Source of the DNA: an uncultured Acidobacteriota bacterium
GTDB lineage: Bacteria; Acidobacteriota; Vicinamibacteria; Vicinamibacterales; UBA2999
Length of the DNA: 64,000 nucleotides
Reading direction: 5' to 3'
Assembly: GCA_963807405.1 (NCBI GenBank)
Contig: CAWEBU010000006.1
Location: 1,511,733 to 1,575,732, forward strand
Below, in pieces: positions 1-9,272 of this stretch (its first letter is position 1; the number at the start of each line of letters is the position of its first letter). A program made the position numbers and the translations under genes. The notes beneath the pieces are model-generated. The model was not told the DNA's origin, did not search any database, and saw only the letters and a program-made list of their open reading frames with translations.

Positions 1-587
1 GCGGCGCGCGGCGCGAACGGCCCGCCGTCGGCATCGGCCGTGTCGTGCCCACGATGCCACCAGGCCTCGCGCGCACGGACCTCCAGTTCCAGACCCGACA
101 GATCACGAAGGCGGACGCCCTCGCTGCCGGCATCGACGGTCGTCCATGTCTCGACCACGGCGATGCCAGGCGCCACGGCGTAGTGCCGCTCGACGACGAC
201 ATCACGTTCACGAAGAGCGAAGCCGAGCGTCAGCTGGACGCGTCCGCCCACCACCTGGGCCTCCGCTCCGAGGAACCGGAACGCGCGGCTGCCGAGCGGC
301 TCCCGATGCCCGTCGTAGGCGAAGGTCGCATCGCTCCCGCCTGGTGCGATGACTGTTTCGCCGTCGAGGCCCGTGAGTCCGAGCACCTGCAGTTCGCCGC
401 TGGCGTTCAACCCGACGGTGAAGACCAGCTGCCGGTTGCCCACCTCCCATCGCCGGTTTTCCGACGCCGCCCTGACGAACGCGTCATCCAGGTGCACGGA
501 GTCCGTCGCCTGAAGCGGGCTGCCCGACCACACGGTCAGAAGCGCGGCCAGGGCGGCAATCGGCGGAAAAGCCGCGAATCTCGACAT
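1..587 (-). CDS. Secreted hypothetical protein, N-terminal part (gene runs off the window start)
   Basis: ATG at 587-585 on the minus strand opens a frame with no stop down to position 1. My hand translation starts MSRFAAFPPIAALAALLTVWSGSPLQA, which is signal-peptide-like, and continues with non-repetitive globular-looking sequence. It is absent from the ORF track only because no stop lies in the window. The plus-strand ORF 45..728 over the same DNA is Arg/Pro/Ala-rich and looks spurious. Confidence 0.5.
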   Translation of the reverse strand, partial: MSRFAAFPPIAALAALLTVWSGSPLQATDSVHLDDAFVRAASENRRWEVGNRQLVFTVGLNASGELQVLGLTGLDGETVIAPGGSDATFAYDGHREPLGSRAFRFLGAEAQVVGGRVQLTLGFALRERDVVVERHYAVAPGIAVVETWTTVDAGSEGVRLRDLSGLELEVRAREAWWHRGHDTADADGGPFAPRA

Positions 588-687
588 GTGGCGGTCTGCA
601 GGCGCTCAACGACGGTGGACGTGACCAGCGAGTGGCATTTCGCCGCTACGCCCCAACCGCCTGCGGCTCAAGCAAACGCCACGCCAG

Positions 688-1791
688 TCAGGTCCGACGC
701 CCCGGCGCGACCAGCGCTTTGGGGATGACGAACGACTCGGCATCGGCCAGCGCCTGGTTGAGCTCGTCGAGGGCGTAGACGCGGGCGCCGATGTCGCTGA
801 ATGGCACGGTTCGGCCGTGCCGTTCGAGCACCTGCACGGCGCGCAGGAAGTGCCCCGCCTCGCTGCCCCAGCAGCCGCGGATCTCGAGGTGCTTGCGGTT
901 GATGTGCTGGTGAGCGTTGATGGCGCTCGGTCCGGCGTCGGTGTAGTGGCCGGCGATGACATACCGTCCACCGTCGCGGACGAGGCCGGGCGCTTCCTCC
1001 ACGGCCGCGGGCGACCCCGAGGCCTCGATGGCGACGTCGACGCCGCGGCCACCGGTCAACGCTCGCACCCGCTCGAGCCGTTCGGCCGGCGAGGTCGTCG
1101 TGACGTCGAAGGTGATGTCGGCGCCCATCCGCCGCGCCAGGTCGAGTCGATCGCCGGGAGCGCCGATCGCCACGACGAGGCCGGCGCCGGACAGACGCGC
1201 CAGGGCGACGATGCTCAGGCCGACAGCACCCGTGCCCTGCACGAGCACGGCATCGGTGAGCCGGAGCGCGGCGCGGTCGATGGCGTGAACCGCCGTGATG
1301 AGGCCGCAGCCGCCGCCGATGTAGTCCTCAGAGCGCACGCGGTCAGGCAGTCGCACCGCGACCACGCCGGGCTCCAGATAGATGGCCTCACTCCAGCCGC
1401 CGAACAAGCCGTCATTCGCGCCGTCCGTGATGCCGTAGACCTTGCGCGACGGACACTTGGTCGGGGTGCCGCTGACCGCGCACGCGTAGCAGCGGCCGCA
1501 GGTGCGATGGACGTCGAAGAAGACGACGCGGTCGCCTTCCTTCAGCTTCTGGCCGTCGCCGCCGATGACGTCGCCGCGGATCTTCTCGGCGTGCCCGACC
1601 GAGACATGGCCCGGGATGAGCGGATAGGGGACGCCGGACAGCCGTCCGTGCCACAGGTGCACGTCGGTGCCACAGACTTCCGAGTACTCGGTGCGGAGCA
1701 GGAGGCTGCCTGGGGCCAGTTCCGGCTCCGGAAACTCCCGGATCTCGACCGGTTGGCGTGGCGCGGGCATGACGGCGGCGTGGATGATCAT
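688..1791 (-). CDS. Zinc-dependent alcohol dehydrogenase family (MDR) oxidoreductase
   Basis: 367-aa ORF. It has the catalytic-zinc region CGTDVH...GHVSVGH, the structural-zinc cysteine cluster CGRCYAC...C, and the Rossmann motif GTGAVG. Confidence 0.85.
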   Translation of the reverse strand: MIIHAAVMPAPRQPVEIREFPEPELAPGSLLLRTEYSEVCGTDVHLWHGRLSGVPYPLIPGHVSVGHAEKIRGDVIGGDGQKLKEGDRVVFFDVHRTCGRCYACAVSGTPTKCPSRKVYGITDGANDGLFGGWSEAIYLEPGVVAVRLPDRVRSEDYIGGGCGLITAVHAIDRAALRLTDAVLVQGTGAVGLSIVALARLSGAGLVVAIGAPGDRLDLARRMGADITFDVTTTSPAERLERVRALTGGRGVDVAIEASGSPAAVEEAPGLVRDGGRYVIAGHYTDAGPSAINAHQHINRKHLEIRGCWGSEAGHFLRAVQVLERHGRTVPFSDIGARVYALDELNQALADAESFVIPKALVAPGRRT

Positions 1792-1823
1792 GGCTAGGGG
1801 CTTAGGGGCTAGGGGCTAGGACC
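1792..1823. repeat. Tandem 7-8 nt CTAG-rich repeat (GCTAGGG / GCTTAGGG x4) abutting the ADH start codon
   Basis: Read directly: ggctagggg cttagggg ctagggg ctagg. It shares the core GGCTAGGGGCT with 61109-61122 and, inverted, with 61265-61278. Confidence 0.6.
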
Positions 1824-1890
1824 TTCAGCCTAACAGCGTGTCAGTGTGTGCCGTTAGCCGCCAGCGGCGAAGCCGCTGTATCCTTCCCCC

Positions 1891-2121
1891 ATGCCGCTCT
1901 ATGAATATCGCTGCGCCGAGTGCGACCACGGCTTCGAGCTGCTGGTCCGCGAATCGACCACCTTCGAATGTCCGGCGTGCCGCGGCTCGAAGCTCGAGAA
2001 GCAGCTTTCGGTGTTCGCCGTGTCGGCGCCGGCCGGGCGCGGCCCGCGCATGCCGATGGCGGCCGGCTCGTGCGGCTCGTGCGGACACCCCGGCGGTCCC
2101 GGCTCCTGTGCGGTGAACTAG
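1891..2121 (+). CDS. FmdB-family zinc-ribbon protein (CxxC...CxxC)
   Basis: 76 aa beginning MPLYEYRCAECDHGFE...FECPACRG, the typical FmdB/CxxC_CxxC_SSSS N-terminus, with a Cys/Gly-rich tail. Confidence 0.8.
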   Translation: MPLYEYRCAECDHGFELLVRESTTFECPACRGSKLEKQLSVFAVSAPAGRGPRMPMAAGSCGSCGHPGGPGSCAVN

Positions 2122-2151
2122 GGTGCGGATGCTCCGCCGCGGGGATCGACG

Positions 2152-2763
2152 GTGACGCTGTTCCGGGGGCTCTGGCACGGCCTGGCGCTGGTGGGACTGG
2201 CGACGGTCGGCGGCGGTGTGTGGTTCGCCTCGCAGGGCGTCGGCGCCACCGGCAGCCCATCGGCGCTCGAGACCACGGTGGCGCGCACCGCGCGGCACTG
2301 GCTGCTGCCAGCGGCCGCGAAGGCCCGCACCAATCCCGAGCCCGCAACCGCCGAGACGCGCGCCGACGGCATGGCGCACTGGGCCGACCACTGCGCCAAC
2401 TGCCACGGCAACGACGGCGCGGGAGACACGCCCATGGGTCGTGGTCTCTACCCGAAGGCGCCCGACATGCGGCTCCCCGCCACCCAGCAGCTGAGTGACG
2501 GCGAGCTGTTCACTCTCATCGAGCACGGCGTGAAGCTGACCGGCATGCCGGCGTGGACGACCGGCGACGCCGCCGGCGAACGCTCGACCTGGCATCTCGT
2601 GCAGTTCATCCGCCACCTGCCCACCCTCACCGACGACGACCTGCTGGAGATGGAAGACCTCAATCCGCGCGGGCGTGCGGAGTGGCACGCGCTCGAAGAG
2701 GAACGGCGCTTCTTGTCTGGTACACTCGACGTGCCGGAGCCGCTGCCCGGGCATCCGCACTGA
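2152..2763 (+). CDS. c-type cytochrome (membrane-anchored or secreted)
   Basis: 203 aa with a GTG start, an N-terminal hydrophobic segment, and a single haem-binding motif CANCH followed by GMPAW (class I cytochrome c-like). Confidence 0.8.
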   Translation: MTLFRGLWHGLALVGLATVGGGVWFASQGVGATGSPSALETTVARTARHWLLPAAAKARTNPEPATAETRADGMAHWADHCANCHGNDGAGDTPMGRGLYPKAPDMRLPATQQLSDGELFTLIEHGVKLTGMPAWTTGDAAGERSTWHLVQFIRHLPTLTDDDLLEMEDLNPRGRAEWHALEEERRFLSGTLDVPEPLPGHPH

Positions 2764-2795
2764 TTCTGACGACCGGACCTGTCAGCCCCCACACC

Positions 2796-3680
2796 ATGGC
2801 CCTTCCGACCTCCCTGCTCTGCCCGATCGACTTCTCCACCTACAGCGAGCGCGCCTTGCGTCACGCCCTGGCGCTCGCCAGCGCGTTCGGCGCGCATCTC
2901 ACGGTGCTGACGATCAACGACCCGATGCTGGTGGCCGGCGCGGCGGCGGCCGGCTACGGCGCCTCATTGCGCGATCAGGTCGAAGCCGCCCTGCGGGAGA
3001 TGCTCGACCGCATGCCGGCTCCGACAGCGCCACTGCTGCCGGCCATCGACATCGTCACCGGCACTCCCGCCACCGAGATTCTCGCCGCGGTGCCGCGCGT
3101 CGAGGCCGATCTGATCGTCATGGGCTCACGCGGCCTGGGCGGCGCCGCCCGGGTGGTGTTCGGTTCGACCACCGAGCGCGTCGTGCGGTCGGCCACCGTG
3201 CCCGTGCTGGCCGTGCCGGATTACACGCCGGAACGGATGAGCGTGGAACAGGGCGAGGCCCGCTTCACCGTGGGGCACGTCGTGGCCGCCATCGGGTTCG
3301 ACGCCGCCGACGAGAAGGTCGCCGCCAGCGCCGGCACCTGGGCGCGCGCCTGCGGCGCCGCCCTCACCCTGGGCCACGTCTGCCACGACGTCCCGGCGCC
3401 CGTGTGGTGGCCGTTCGGGCCGGCCGCCGAGGAGGCGGAGTCGACCGACACCGCGCGCGAGCAACTGGAAGCGCTCGAACGCGGCGTGCCGCAGGCAGCC
3501 GGCGCCAGAATCGATATCCGGCGCGGCAACGTGGCGGCCGGCATGGCGGCCATCGTCAGCGACAGCAATGCCGGGCTGCTCGTCGTCTCCCGCGGCGGCG
3601 GGCAGCATCGTCTGGGCGCCACCGCCTACCGGGTGATGATCGATGCCGTCGTGCCGACGCTGGTCGTCGGCGACAACTGA
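2796..3680 (+). CDS. Universal stress protein, tandem UspA domains
   Basis: Internal ATG at 2796 of ORF 2553..3680. MALPTSLLCPIDFSTYSERAL...VMGSRGLGG...GSTTERVVR is a USP ATP-binding-type motif, and a second degenerate USP domain follows. The upstream part of the ORF is Arg-rich junk overlapping the cytochrome gene end. Confidence 0.8.
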   Translation: MALPTSLLCPIDFSTYSERALRHALALASAFGAHLTVLTINDPMLVAGAAAAGYGASLRDQVEAALREMLDRMPAPTAPLLPAIDIVTGTPATEILAAVPRVEADLIVMGSRGLGGAARVVFGSTTERVVRSATVPVLAVPDYTPERMSVEQGEARFTVGHVVAAIGFDAADEKVAASAGTWARACGAALTLGHVCHDVPAPVWWPFGPAAEEAESTDTAREQLEALERGVPQAAGARIDIRRGNVAAGMAAIVSDSNAGLLVVSRGGGQHRLGATAYRVMIDAVVPTLVVGDN

Positions 3681-3699
3681 GCCTGGACCAGCAGGCCGG

Positions 3700-3757
3700 G
3701 CCTGAGCCCGGGGCTAGCAGGCTGCGAGGCCTGAGCCCGGGGCCAGGAGGCCGCGAG
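3700..3757. repeat. Two tandem 29-nt GC-rich palindromic units, with degenerate partial copies at 3681-3699 and 3758-3771, between convergent genes
   Basis: GCCTGAGCCCGGGGCTAGCAGGCTGCGAG (3700-3728) versus GCCTGAGCCCGGGGCCAGGAGGCCGCGAG (3729-3757), 26/29 identical. Each unit contains GCCTG...CAGGC and AGCC...GGCT inverted pairs, giving hairpin potential. Confidence 0.6.
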
Positions 3758-3770
3758 GCCTGGCCCGAGA

Positions 3771-5487
3771 CTAGTAGGCCGACAGCAGCGCCGCCGCCGA
3801 CGGGAAGCGCGGTGCGATGTCCACCGGCACGTCCTTCAGCCTGTCGAGCACCTTCTGTGTCTCGGGCCGGATGACGCCGAGGGTCTCGAGCATCGTTCTT
3901 GGCCGCCGCGTAGTCGCCGACGGCCTGCATCGTCATGATGTCGCGCGCGAGCGCGGCGACGGCCTCGCGGATCCTGCCCGGCACGACCGCGAAGGTGCCG
4001 TCGGCGTTCACGGTGAAGGCCCCCTGGTCGAGCAGGTAGTTGAGCTGCACCGCCTGACCGCGCCCGTGCGCTTCGCTGATGCCGAAGCGAATCGAGCGGA
4101 AGGCCGAGGCCAGGAACGTCGTGTACATCGTGCCTTCCATCTCCTTCGGCAGCCGTCCCTTGTCGATCAGGAACTGCAGCGCGAACAGGCCGGTGATGTC
4201 CGCCTTCGCTTCCTCGACGGCACTCGACGTCTCCTTCAGCTCCTGGCGCACGGTGGTTGCCCGTCCGCCGACGGAGATGTTGTGCGGCCCGAGCCCGTGC
4301 ACGAGTTCGTGCATCAGGATGTGTGTGAAGAAGGCATCGAAGGCGACCTGGCCGCGGTCGGCCGGGGCCAGCGCCACCTGCGCGATCGGCAACAGCACGG
4401 TGTCGAACTTGGCCTGCTGGTTGTTCTTCAGCATCACCCGCTTGCTGCCCTTGGCGGCGACGACGCGCTCGTCGTTCGGCAGGTTGAAGGCCGCCGTCTG
4501 CACGCCGCGGTTGCCGTCGCCGGCCGAGAACACGGTGTTCACGACGGCGATCGGCGCCAGGCTGCCCAGCTTGGGATTGCGGTAACGCGGATCGATCGGC
4601 AGGTTGTCCTCGATCTCCTGGAGCGAGGCCGCGAACTGCTGGAGGCGCGCCGACTCGGCCTCGTCCTTGACGGTGATGAACGCCTCGAACGCCGCCTTGT
4701 AGTTGAACCACTCGTCTTCGTAGACCTCGTAGGGCCCGATCGTGGGCTCGAGTGTGGCGTCGAGCTCCATCCACTTCACGTCGCTCTCGTAGTAGTCATT
4801 CGAGAGAAACGCCGCGGCCCGCGCCTCGAGAAAGGCCTTGAGCGTCGGCTGCGCCGTGGCGTCCGCCGCCTGTCTGAGGTGCGACGCGGCCAGTGCCAGC
4901 TCCGTCTGGTACTCCAGGCTGTAGGGCACGGCCACGAATCCGCCGCCGTCGGCGCGCCGGATGGCGGTGAAGAAGCCGGTGGCGGCCTGCCGGGCCGCGC
5001 CCGTCAGCGTGCCGATCCACTGCTCGACCTCGGCCCTGGTGGCGTCGGCCGGATAGAAGTTCGCGGCGGCCGGCTTGGCGGGGACACCCGGCACGAACGG
5101 CTCGTTGTGATCGAGCCGCGACCACGGCCCCTTGTTGATGAGGAAGTAGCGCAGGCGCGCCTGGCCGCGCGCCGATTCGTCGCTGGCGAGCGCCGACAGC
5201 AGCGCCGTGTTGCCGGCCCACACCTGACGCAGGAACAGCGCGTCCATCACCTGCGCGGCGCGGATCATATGGGCCAGTGCCGTTCGCTCCGACTCCGGCA
5301 GCGCCGAGGTGTCGGCCGACAGGTCGGTCGGTGCGAAGCGGGCGGTCTGCTCGGCCAGTGCTGTCATGACCTGGTCGGTGCGCTCGGGCGCGGACCCGGC
5401 GGGCGGAGGCTCGCCAGCGCTGTTGCAGCCGGCAAGCCCGAGTGAGACGAGGGCAGCGAGGACGTACGGCGTGGTCGGTGTGGACAT
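3771..5487 (-). pseudogene. M49 (dipeptidyl-peptidase III-like) zinc peptidase lipoprotein, frame interrupted by one extra base near 3896-3897
   Basis: Start MSTPTTPYVLAALVSLGLAGC carries a lipobox. Zinc motifs are HELVH (a pentapeptide HExxH) and EEAKAD. After ...GDYAAAK the ORF-track frame becomes Arg/Pro junk. The +1 frame instead reads TMLETLGVIRPETQKVLDRLKDVPVDIAPRFPSAAALLSAY and ends at TAG (3773-3771). Confidence 0.75.
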
Positions 5488-5519
5488 GGGCTGGTGGGGG
5501 CGAACGGCCCGGACATGGG

Positions 5520-6077
5520 TCAGTGGACGCCGGGGCTGCCGAGAAGATGGGCGGGGTCGGAGCCGAGCCGGGCGATCGCCTGATCCCACATCCGCTCGGG
5601 CTGACTGCCGAAGATGAGGTCGGCGCCGACCGGTGCCATCAGCCAGGACGCCTGCGCCAGCTCCTCGTCGAGTTGCCCCGGCTCCCATCCGGCGTAGCCA
5701 ACGACCACCCGCACGTCGCTGGCCGGCGGCGACTGCAGCGCCGCGCGCAAGGCCGTCGGCGACGCCGTCAGGTAGACCCCGTCGGCGACTTCGGTGGCGT
5801 CGGCGTCGAGCGACGGCCGCGAGGTGAGCACCCAGGCCCGCCGCTGATCGACCGGACCGCCCGTGAAGAGGAAGACGTCATCTCGAATCGACACCGCCGG
5901 CACGGTCTCCACCACCTCGTTGGCGGGCCTCTCCATCGGCCGGTTGACGACCAGCCCGAAGGCGCCCTCGGGACCGTAGGCGCACAGCAGCACCACCGTC
6001 CGTTCGAAGTTCGGATCGGCCAGTTGCGGCATCGAGATGAGCATCAACGGGGCGATGGAGGATGCGTCATCGGACAT
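5520..6077 (-). CDS. YqgE/AlgH family protein (UPF0301)
   Basis: 185 aa. LMLISMPQLADPNFERTVVLLCAYGPEGAFGLVVNRP is the family hallmark. Confidence 0.85.
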   Translation of the reverse strand: MSDDASSIAPLMLISMPQLADPNFERTVVLLCAYGPEGAFGLVVNRPMERPANEVVETVPAVSIRDDVFLFTGGPVDQRRAWVLTSRPSLDADATEVADGVYLTASPTALRAALQSPPASDVRVVVGYAGWEPGQLDEELAQASWLMAPVGADLIFGSQPERMWDQAIARLGSDPAHLLGSPGVH

Positions 6078-6124
6078 GACTCCATCCTACTCCAGCCCCT
6101 CCCGACTGCGCGTATAGTGCAGCC

Positions 6125-8179
6125 ATGGCTCTCCGGCTGCTTGCCCTGGTCGCGCTCCTGGCCTCGCTTCCCGTCGCCGCCCTCGCCCAGCCGGCTCGCC
6201 GGCCGATGGCGCTCGACGACTACAACCGCATCGTCGCGCTCGCCGATCCGCAGCGCTCACCCGATGGCGTGTGGGTCGCCTACACGGTCACGACCATCGA
6301 CGCGGACAAGGACAAGCGAAACACCGACATCTGGATGGCGCGCTGGGACGGCTCGGCCCGCCAGCGCCTGACCTCGTCGCCCGACAACGAGACGTCGCCG
6401 CGCTGGAGCCCCGACGGCACCTCCCTGGCGTTCCTGTCCTCGCGCGGCAGCGAGGAGGAGAAGAAGCAGGGCGCGCAGCTGTGGCTGCTGCCCCGCCAGG
6501 GCGGCGAGGCCGTGAAGGTCAGCGACGTCAAGGGCGGCCTGAGCGACATCGAGTGGTCGCCCGACAGCACCCGCATCGCGTTCGTGATGAACGACGTGAA
6601 CCCCGCCGACGAGCCCGAGAAGATGGAGGGCTGGAAGCGCAAGGCGGCGCCGCCCATCGTCATCGACCGCTACCACTTCAAGGAAGACCGCACCGGCTAC
6701 CTGTCGCGTCACTACGGACACATCGCCGTGTTCGACCTGGCCACCAAGACGGCCACGGCGTTGACGTCGGGTCAGGTGGACGACGAGCACCCGGCGTGGT
6801 CGCCCGACGGCAAGCGCATCGCGTTCATCAGCAAGCGGGCGCACGCCAATCCCGATCGCACCATGAACGCGGACGTGTGGGTGGTCGACGCCGTGGCCGG
6901 CGCCACGCCGCGCCAGCTGACCAACACGCCGGAGAGCGAGAGCGGACGGCCGGCGTGGAGTCCCGACGGCTCCCGCATCGCGACCCTCGTCGGCGACACC
7001 GACACCAACTACGCCTACGACCTCAACAAGCTCGGCATCGTGGCGGCCAACGCGCCGGCGCCCGGCGCGGTGCGGCTGCTCTCGCCGACGCTCGATCGCG
7101 CGGTCTTCGCGCCGTCGTGGTCGGACGACGGCCAGCGCCTCTCGTTCCTGCTCGAGGACGATCGGTCGCAGCACGCGGCCAGCGTGCCGGCCGAAGGCGG
7201 CACACCGCGGCGGCTCACCGGCGACGGCCTGGTCGTGACCGCCATCAGCCCGCGCGCCCGTGACGATCGCCATGCCGCGATCATGAGCACCTCGAACACC
7301 CTCCCGGAGCTGTTTGCGCTCGACGGCGCCGCCCCCCGCAAGCTGTCCGCGCACAACGATCCGCTGCAGGCCGAAGTGGCGTGGGCGACGGCCGAGAACT
7401 TCAGCTCGCGCAGCAAGGACGGCACCGAGGTGCACAGCATCCTCGTCAAGCCGGTCGGCTACGAGCCCGGCCGCCGCTATCCGCTCGTCGTCTACATCCA
7501 CGGCGGGCCGAACGGCCAGGACGAGCACGGCTTCGACTACATCCATCAGTGGCTGGCGGCCAACGGCTACGCCGTGCTGGCGCCCAACTACCGCGGCAGC
7601 TCAGGGCGGGGCGCGGCCTTCCAGAAGGCCATCCATGGCGACTGGGGGAATCTCGAGGTCGTCGATGTGCTGGGCGCGGTCGACGAGGCCATCGCGCAGG
7701 GCATCGCCGACCCGGCCCGCCTCGGCATCGGCGGCTGGAGCTACGGCGGCATCACCACCAACTACGCGATTGCCACCGATCCCCGCTTCAAGGCGGCGGT
7801 CAGCGGCGCTGGCAGCTCCCTGCAGCTGTCGATGTACGGCATGGACCAGTACGTGGTGCAGTACGAAATCGAGATCGGCGTGCCGTGGAAGAACCCCGAC
7901 GCCTGGATCCGGATGTCGTATCCCTTCTTCCACGCCGACCGCATCAAGACGCCCACGCTGTTCCTGGGCGGCGAGAAGGACTTCAACGTGCCGATCGCCG
8001 GCGGCGAGCAGATGTACCAGGCCCTGAAGTCCCAGGGCATCGACACCCAGCTCGTCATCTATCCAGGCCAGTTCCACGGCCTGACCATCCCGAGCTACGA
8101 GCGCGACCGCCTGCAGCGCTACGTGGACTGGTACAAGAAGTACCTGCAGCCAGCCGCGGGCAGCGCGCAGCGGCAGTGA
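6125..8179 (+). CDS. S9 family serine peptidase (prolyl oligopeptidase / acylaminoacyl-peptidase type) with N-terminal beta-propeller
   Basis: 684 aa with a signal peptide, repeated WSPDG propeller motifs, the catalytic GGWSYGG nucleophile elbow, and a C-terminal alpha/beta hydrolase domain. Confidence 0.9.
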   Translation: MALRLLALVALLASLPVAALAQPARRPMALDDYNRIVALADPQRSPDGVWVAYTVTTIDADKDKRNTDIWMARWDGSARQRLTSSPDNETSPRWSPDGTSLAFLSSRGSEEEKKQGAQLWLLPRQGGEAVKVSDVKGGLSDIEWSPDSTRIAFVMNDVNPADEPEKMEGWKRKAAPPIVIDRYHFKEDRTGYLSRHYGHIAVFDLATKTATALTSGQVDDEHPAWSPDGKRIAFISKRAHANPDRTMNADVWVVDAVAGATPRQLTNTPESESGRPAWSPDGSRIATLVGDTDTNYAYDLNKLGIVAANAPAPGAVRLLSPTLDRAVFAPSWSDDGQRLSFLLEDDRSQHAASVPAEGGTPRRLTGDGLVVTAISPRARDDRHAAIMSTSNTLPELFALDGAAPRKLSAHNDPLQAEVAWATAENFSSRSKDGTEVHSILVKPVGYEPGRRYPLVVYIHGGPNGQDEHGFDYIHQWLAANGYAVLAPNYRGSSGRGAAFQKAIHGDWGNLEVVDVLGAVDEAIAQGIADPARLGIGGWSYGGITTNYAIATDPRFKAAVSGAGSSLQLSMYGMDQYVVQYEIEIGVPWKNPDAWIRMSYPFFHADRIKTPTLFLGGEKDFNVPIAGGEQMYQALKSQGIDTQLVIYPGQFHGLTIPSYERDRLQRYVDWYKKYLQPAAGSAQRQ

Positions 8180-8192
8180 CGTCTGGCGGCGG

Positions 8193-9272
8193 CTAGCGTC
8201 TGGCGCGGCGGGTCCGCGCCCACGCCACGGCATCCTCGACCGCCGGCGCCGCGGCGCTGAAAGCCGCGTTCTTCACGGCGCCGCCGGGTGTCGCCAGCGC
8301 GTCCACCGCCGCGTCGTCGCCGGCCGCGGCCGCCAGCGCGAGATTGCGCCGCAGCTGCGACAGCGGCGCATGCGTGAGCGCGCTGCCCTCGACGAACGCG
8401 TGCAGCCGGTCGTCGGGGCGCTGCCAGAGCTCGGTGACGTCCGGCGCATCGCGCGTGGCCCGCGCTTGCCAGGCGGGATCGGCGGTGACCGTCGGCGTCA
8501 GGTTCCACGGGCACACCTCCTGGCAGATGTCGCAGCCGAAGAGATGGCCGGCCGCGGCGCGCTTCTCGTCGTCGGCCAGCACGCCGCCCTTCTCGATCGT
8601 CAGGTAGCTGATGCACTTGCGTGCGTCGACCTCGCGCGCGTCGAGGATGGCGCCGGTGGGACAGGCGTCGATGCACAGGGTGCAGGCGCCGCACTGGTCG
8701 CTGACGAGGGCATCGGCCGCGAGTGGCAGCGTCGTGGCGATGCCGGCCAGCAGGACCCACGATCCGATCTCGGGGTTGATGAGCAGCGAGTGCTTGCCGA
8801 TCCAGCCGAGGCCCGCGTAGGCCGCGACCACACGCTCCTGCACCCAGTGCTTGTCGACGAAGACGGCGGCGTCGAACGGGTGCTCCGCGGTTGCCTGCAT
8901 CCACGCCAGCAGCGCGTCGAGCCGCGCCTGCAGCACGCGGTGATAGTCCTCACCGCGCGCGTAGCGGGCCACGGTGGCCGATGGCGCCGGCGTCCGGTCG
9001 GGCCCGGTGTAGTAGTTGGTGGCGGTCATCACGACCGAGCGCGCGCCCGGGAGGAACTTCGTGACGTCGGCCCGCACCGCCGCCGACCGCTCGAGATAGC
9101 GCATCTCGCCGTGCTGCCCGCGCGCCACCCAATCGTGGATGCGCCCGAGCTCCGGCATCCCGGTGGCCGGTGCGATGCCGCACAGATCGAACCCCAGCAT
9201 CCGCGCCTGCGCCTTGATCGCAGACGGTGTCAGCGTCGGCGTCATCGCGACCACGTCGTGGACGGCAGGCAC
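8193..9272 (-). CDS. queG: tRNA epoxyqueuosine(34) reductase QueG
   Basis: 4Fe-4S motifs CGACTLCIDACPTGAI and CDICQEVCPWN, plus CISYLTIE. The start is more likely the ATG at 9245 (MTPTLTPSAIKAQARMLGFDLCGI), because 9261-9272 already belongs to the left arm of the inverted-repeat element. Confidence 0.85.
   Translation of the reverse strand: MPAVHDVVAMTPTLTPSAIKAQARMLGFDLCGIAPATGMPELGRIHDWVARGQHGEMRYLERSAAVRADVTKFLPGARSVVMTATNYYTGPDRTPAPSATVARYARGEDYHRVLQARLDALLAWMQATAEHPFDAAVFVDKHWVQERVVAAYAGLGWIGKHSLLINPEIGSWVLLAGIATTLPLAADALVSDQCGACTLCIDACPTGAILDAREVDARKCISYLTIEKGGVLADDEKRAAAGHLFGCDICQEVCPWNLTPTVTADPAWQARATRDAPDVTELWQRPDDRLHAFVEGSALTHAPLSQLRRNLALAAAAGDDAAVDALATPGGAVKNAAFSAAAPAVEDAVAWARTRRARR

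Noticed and set aside
45-728. 227-aa plus-strand ORF at the window start
   Set aside because: It has an Arg/Pro/Ala-rich, low-complexity composition with no recognisable motif. The opposite strand encodes a convincing signal-peptide protein from ATG 587 that runs off the window.
1792-1823. G-quadruplex or telomere-like reading of GGCTAGGGGCTTAGGGGCTAGGGGCTAGG
   Set aside because: Only three G4 runs of three or more guanines are present, so there is no canonical four-run G4. The TTAGGG resemblance is a single unit. It is better described as part of the CTAG-rich repeat family.
3700-3757. Possible CRISPR array
   Set aside because: There are only two contiguous 29-nt units with no spacers between them and no cas genes in the window.
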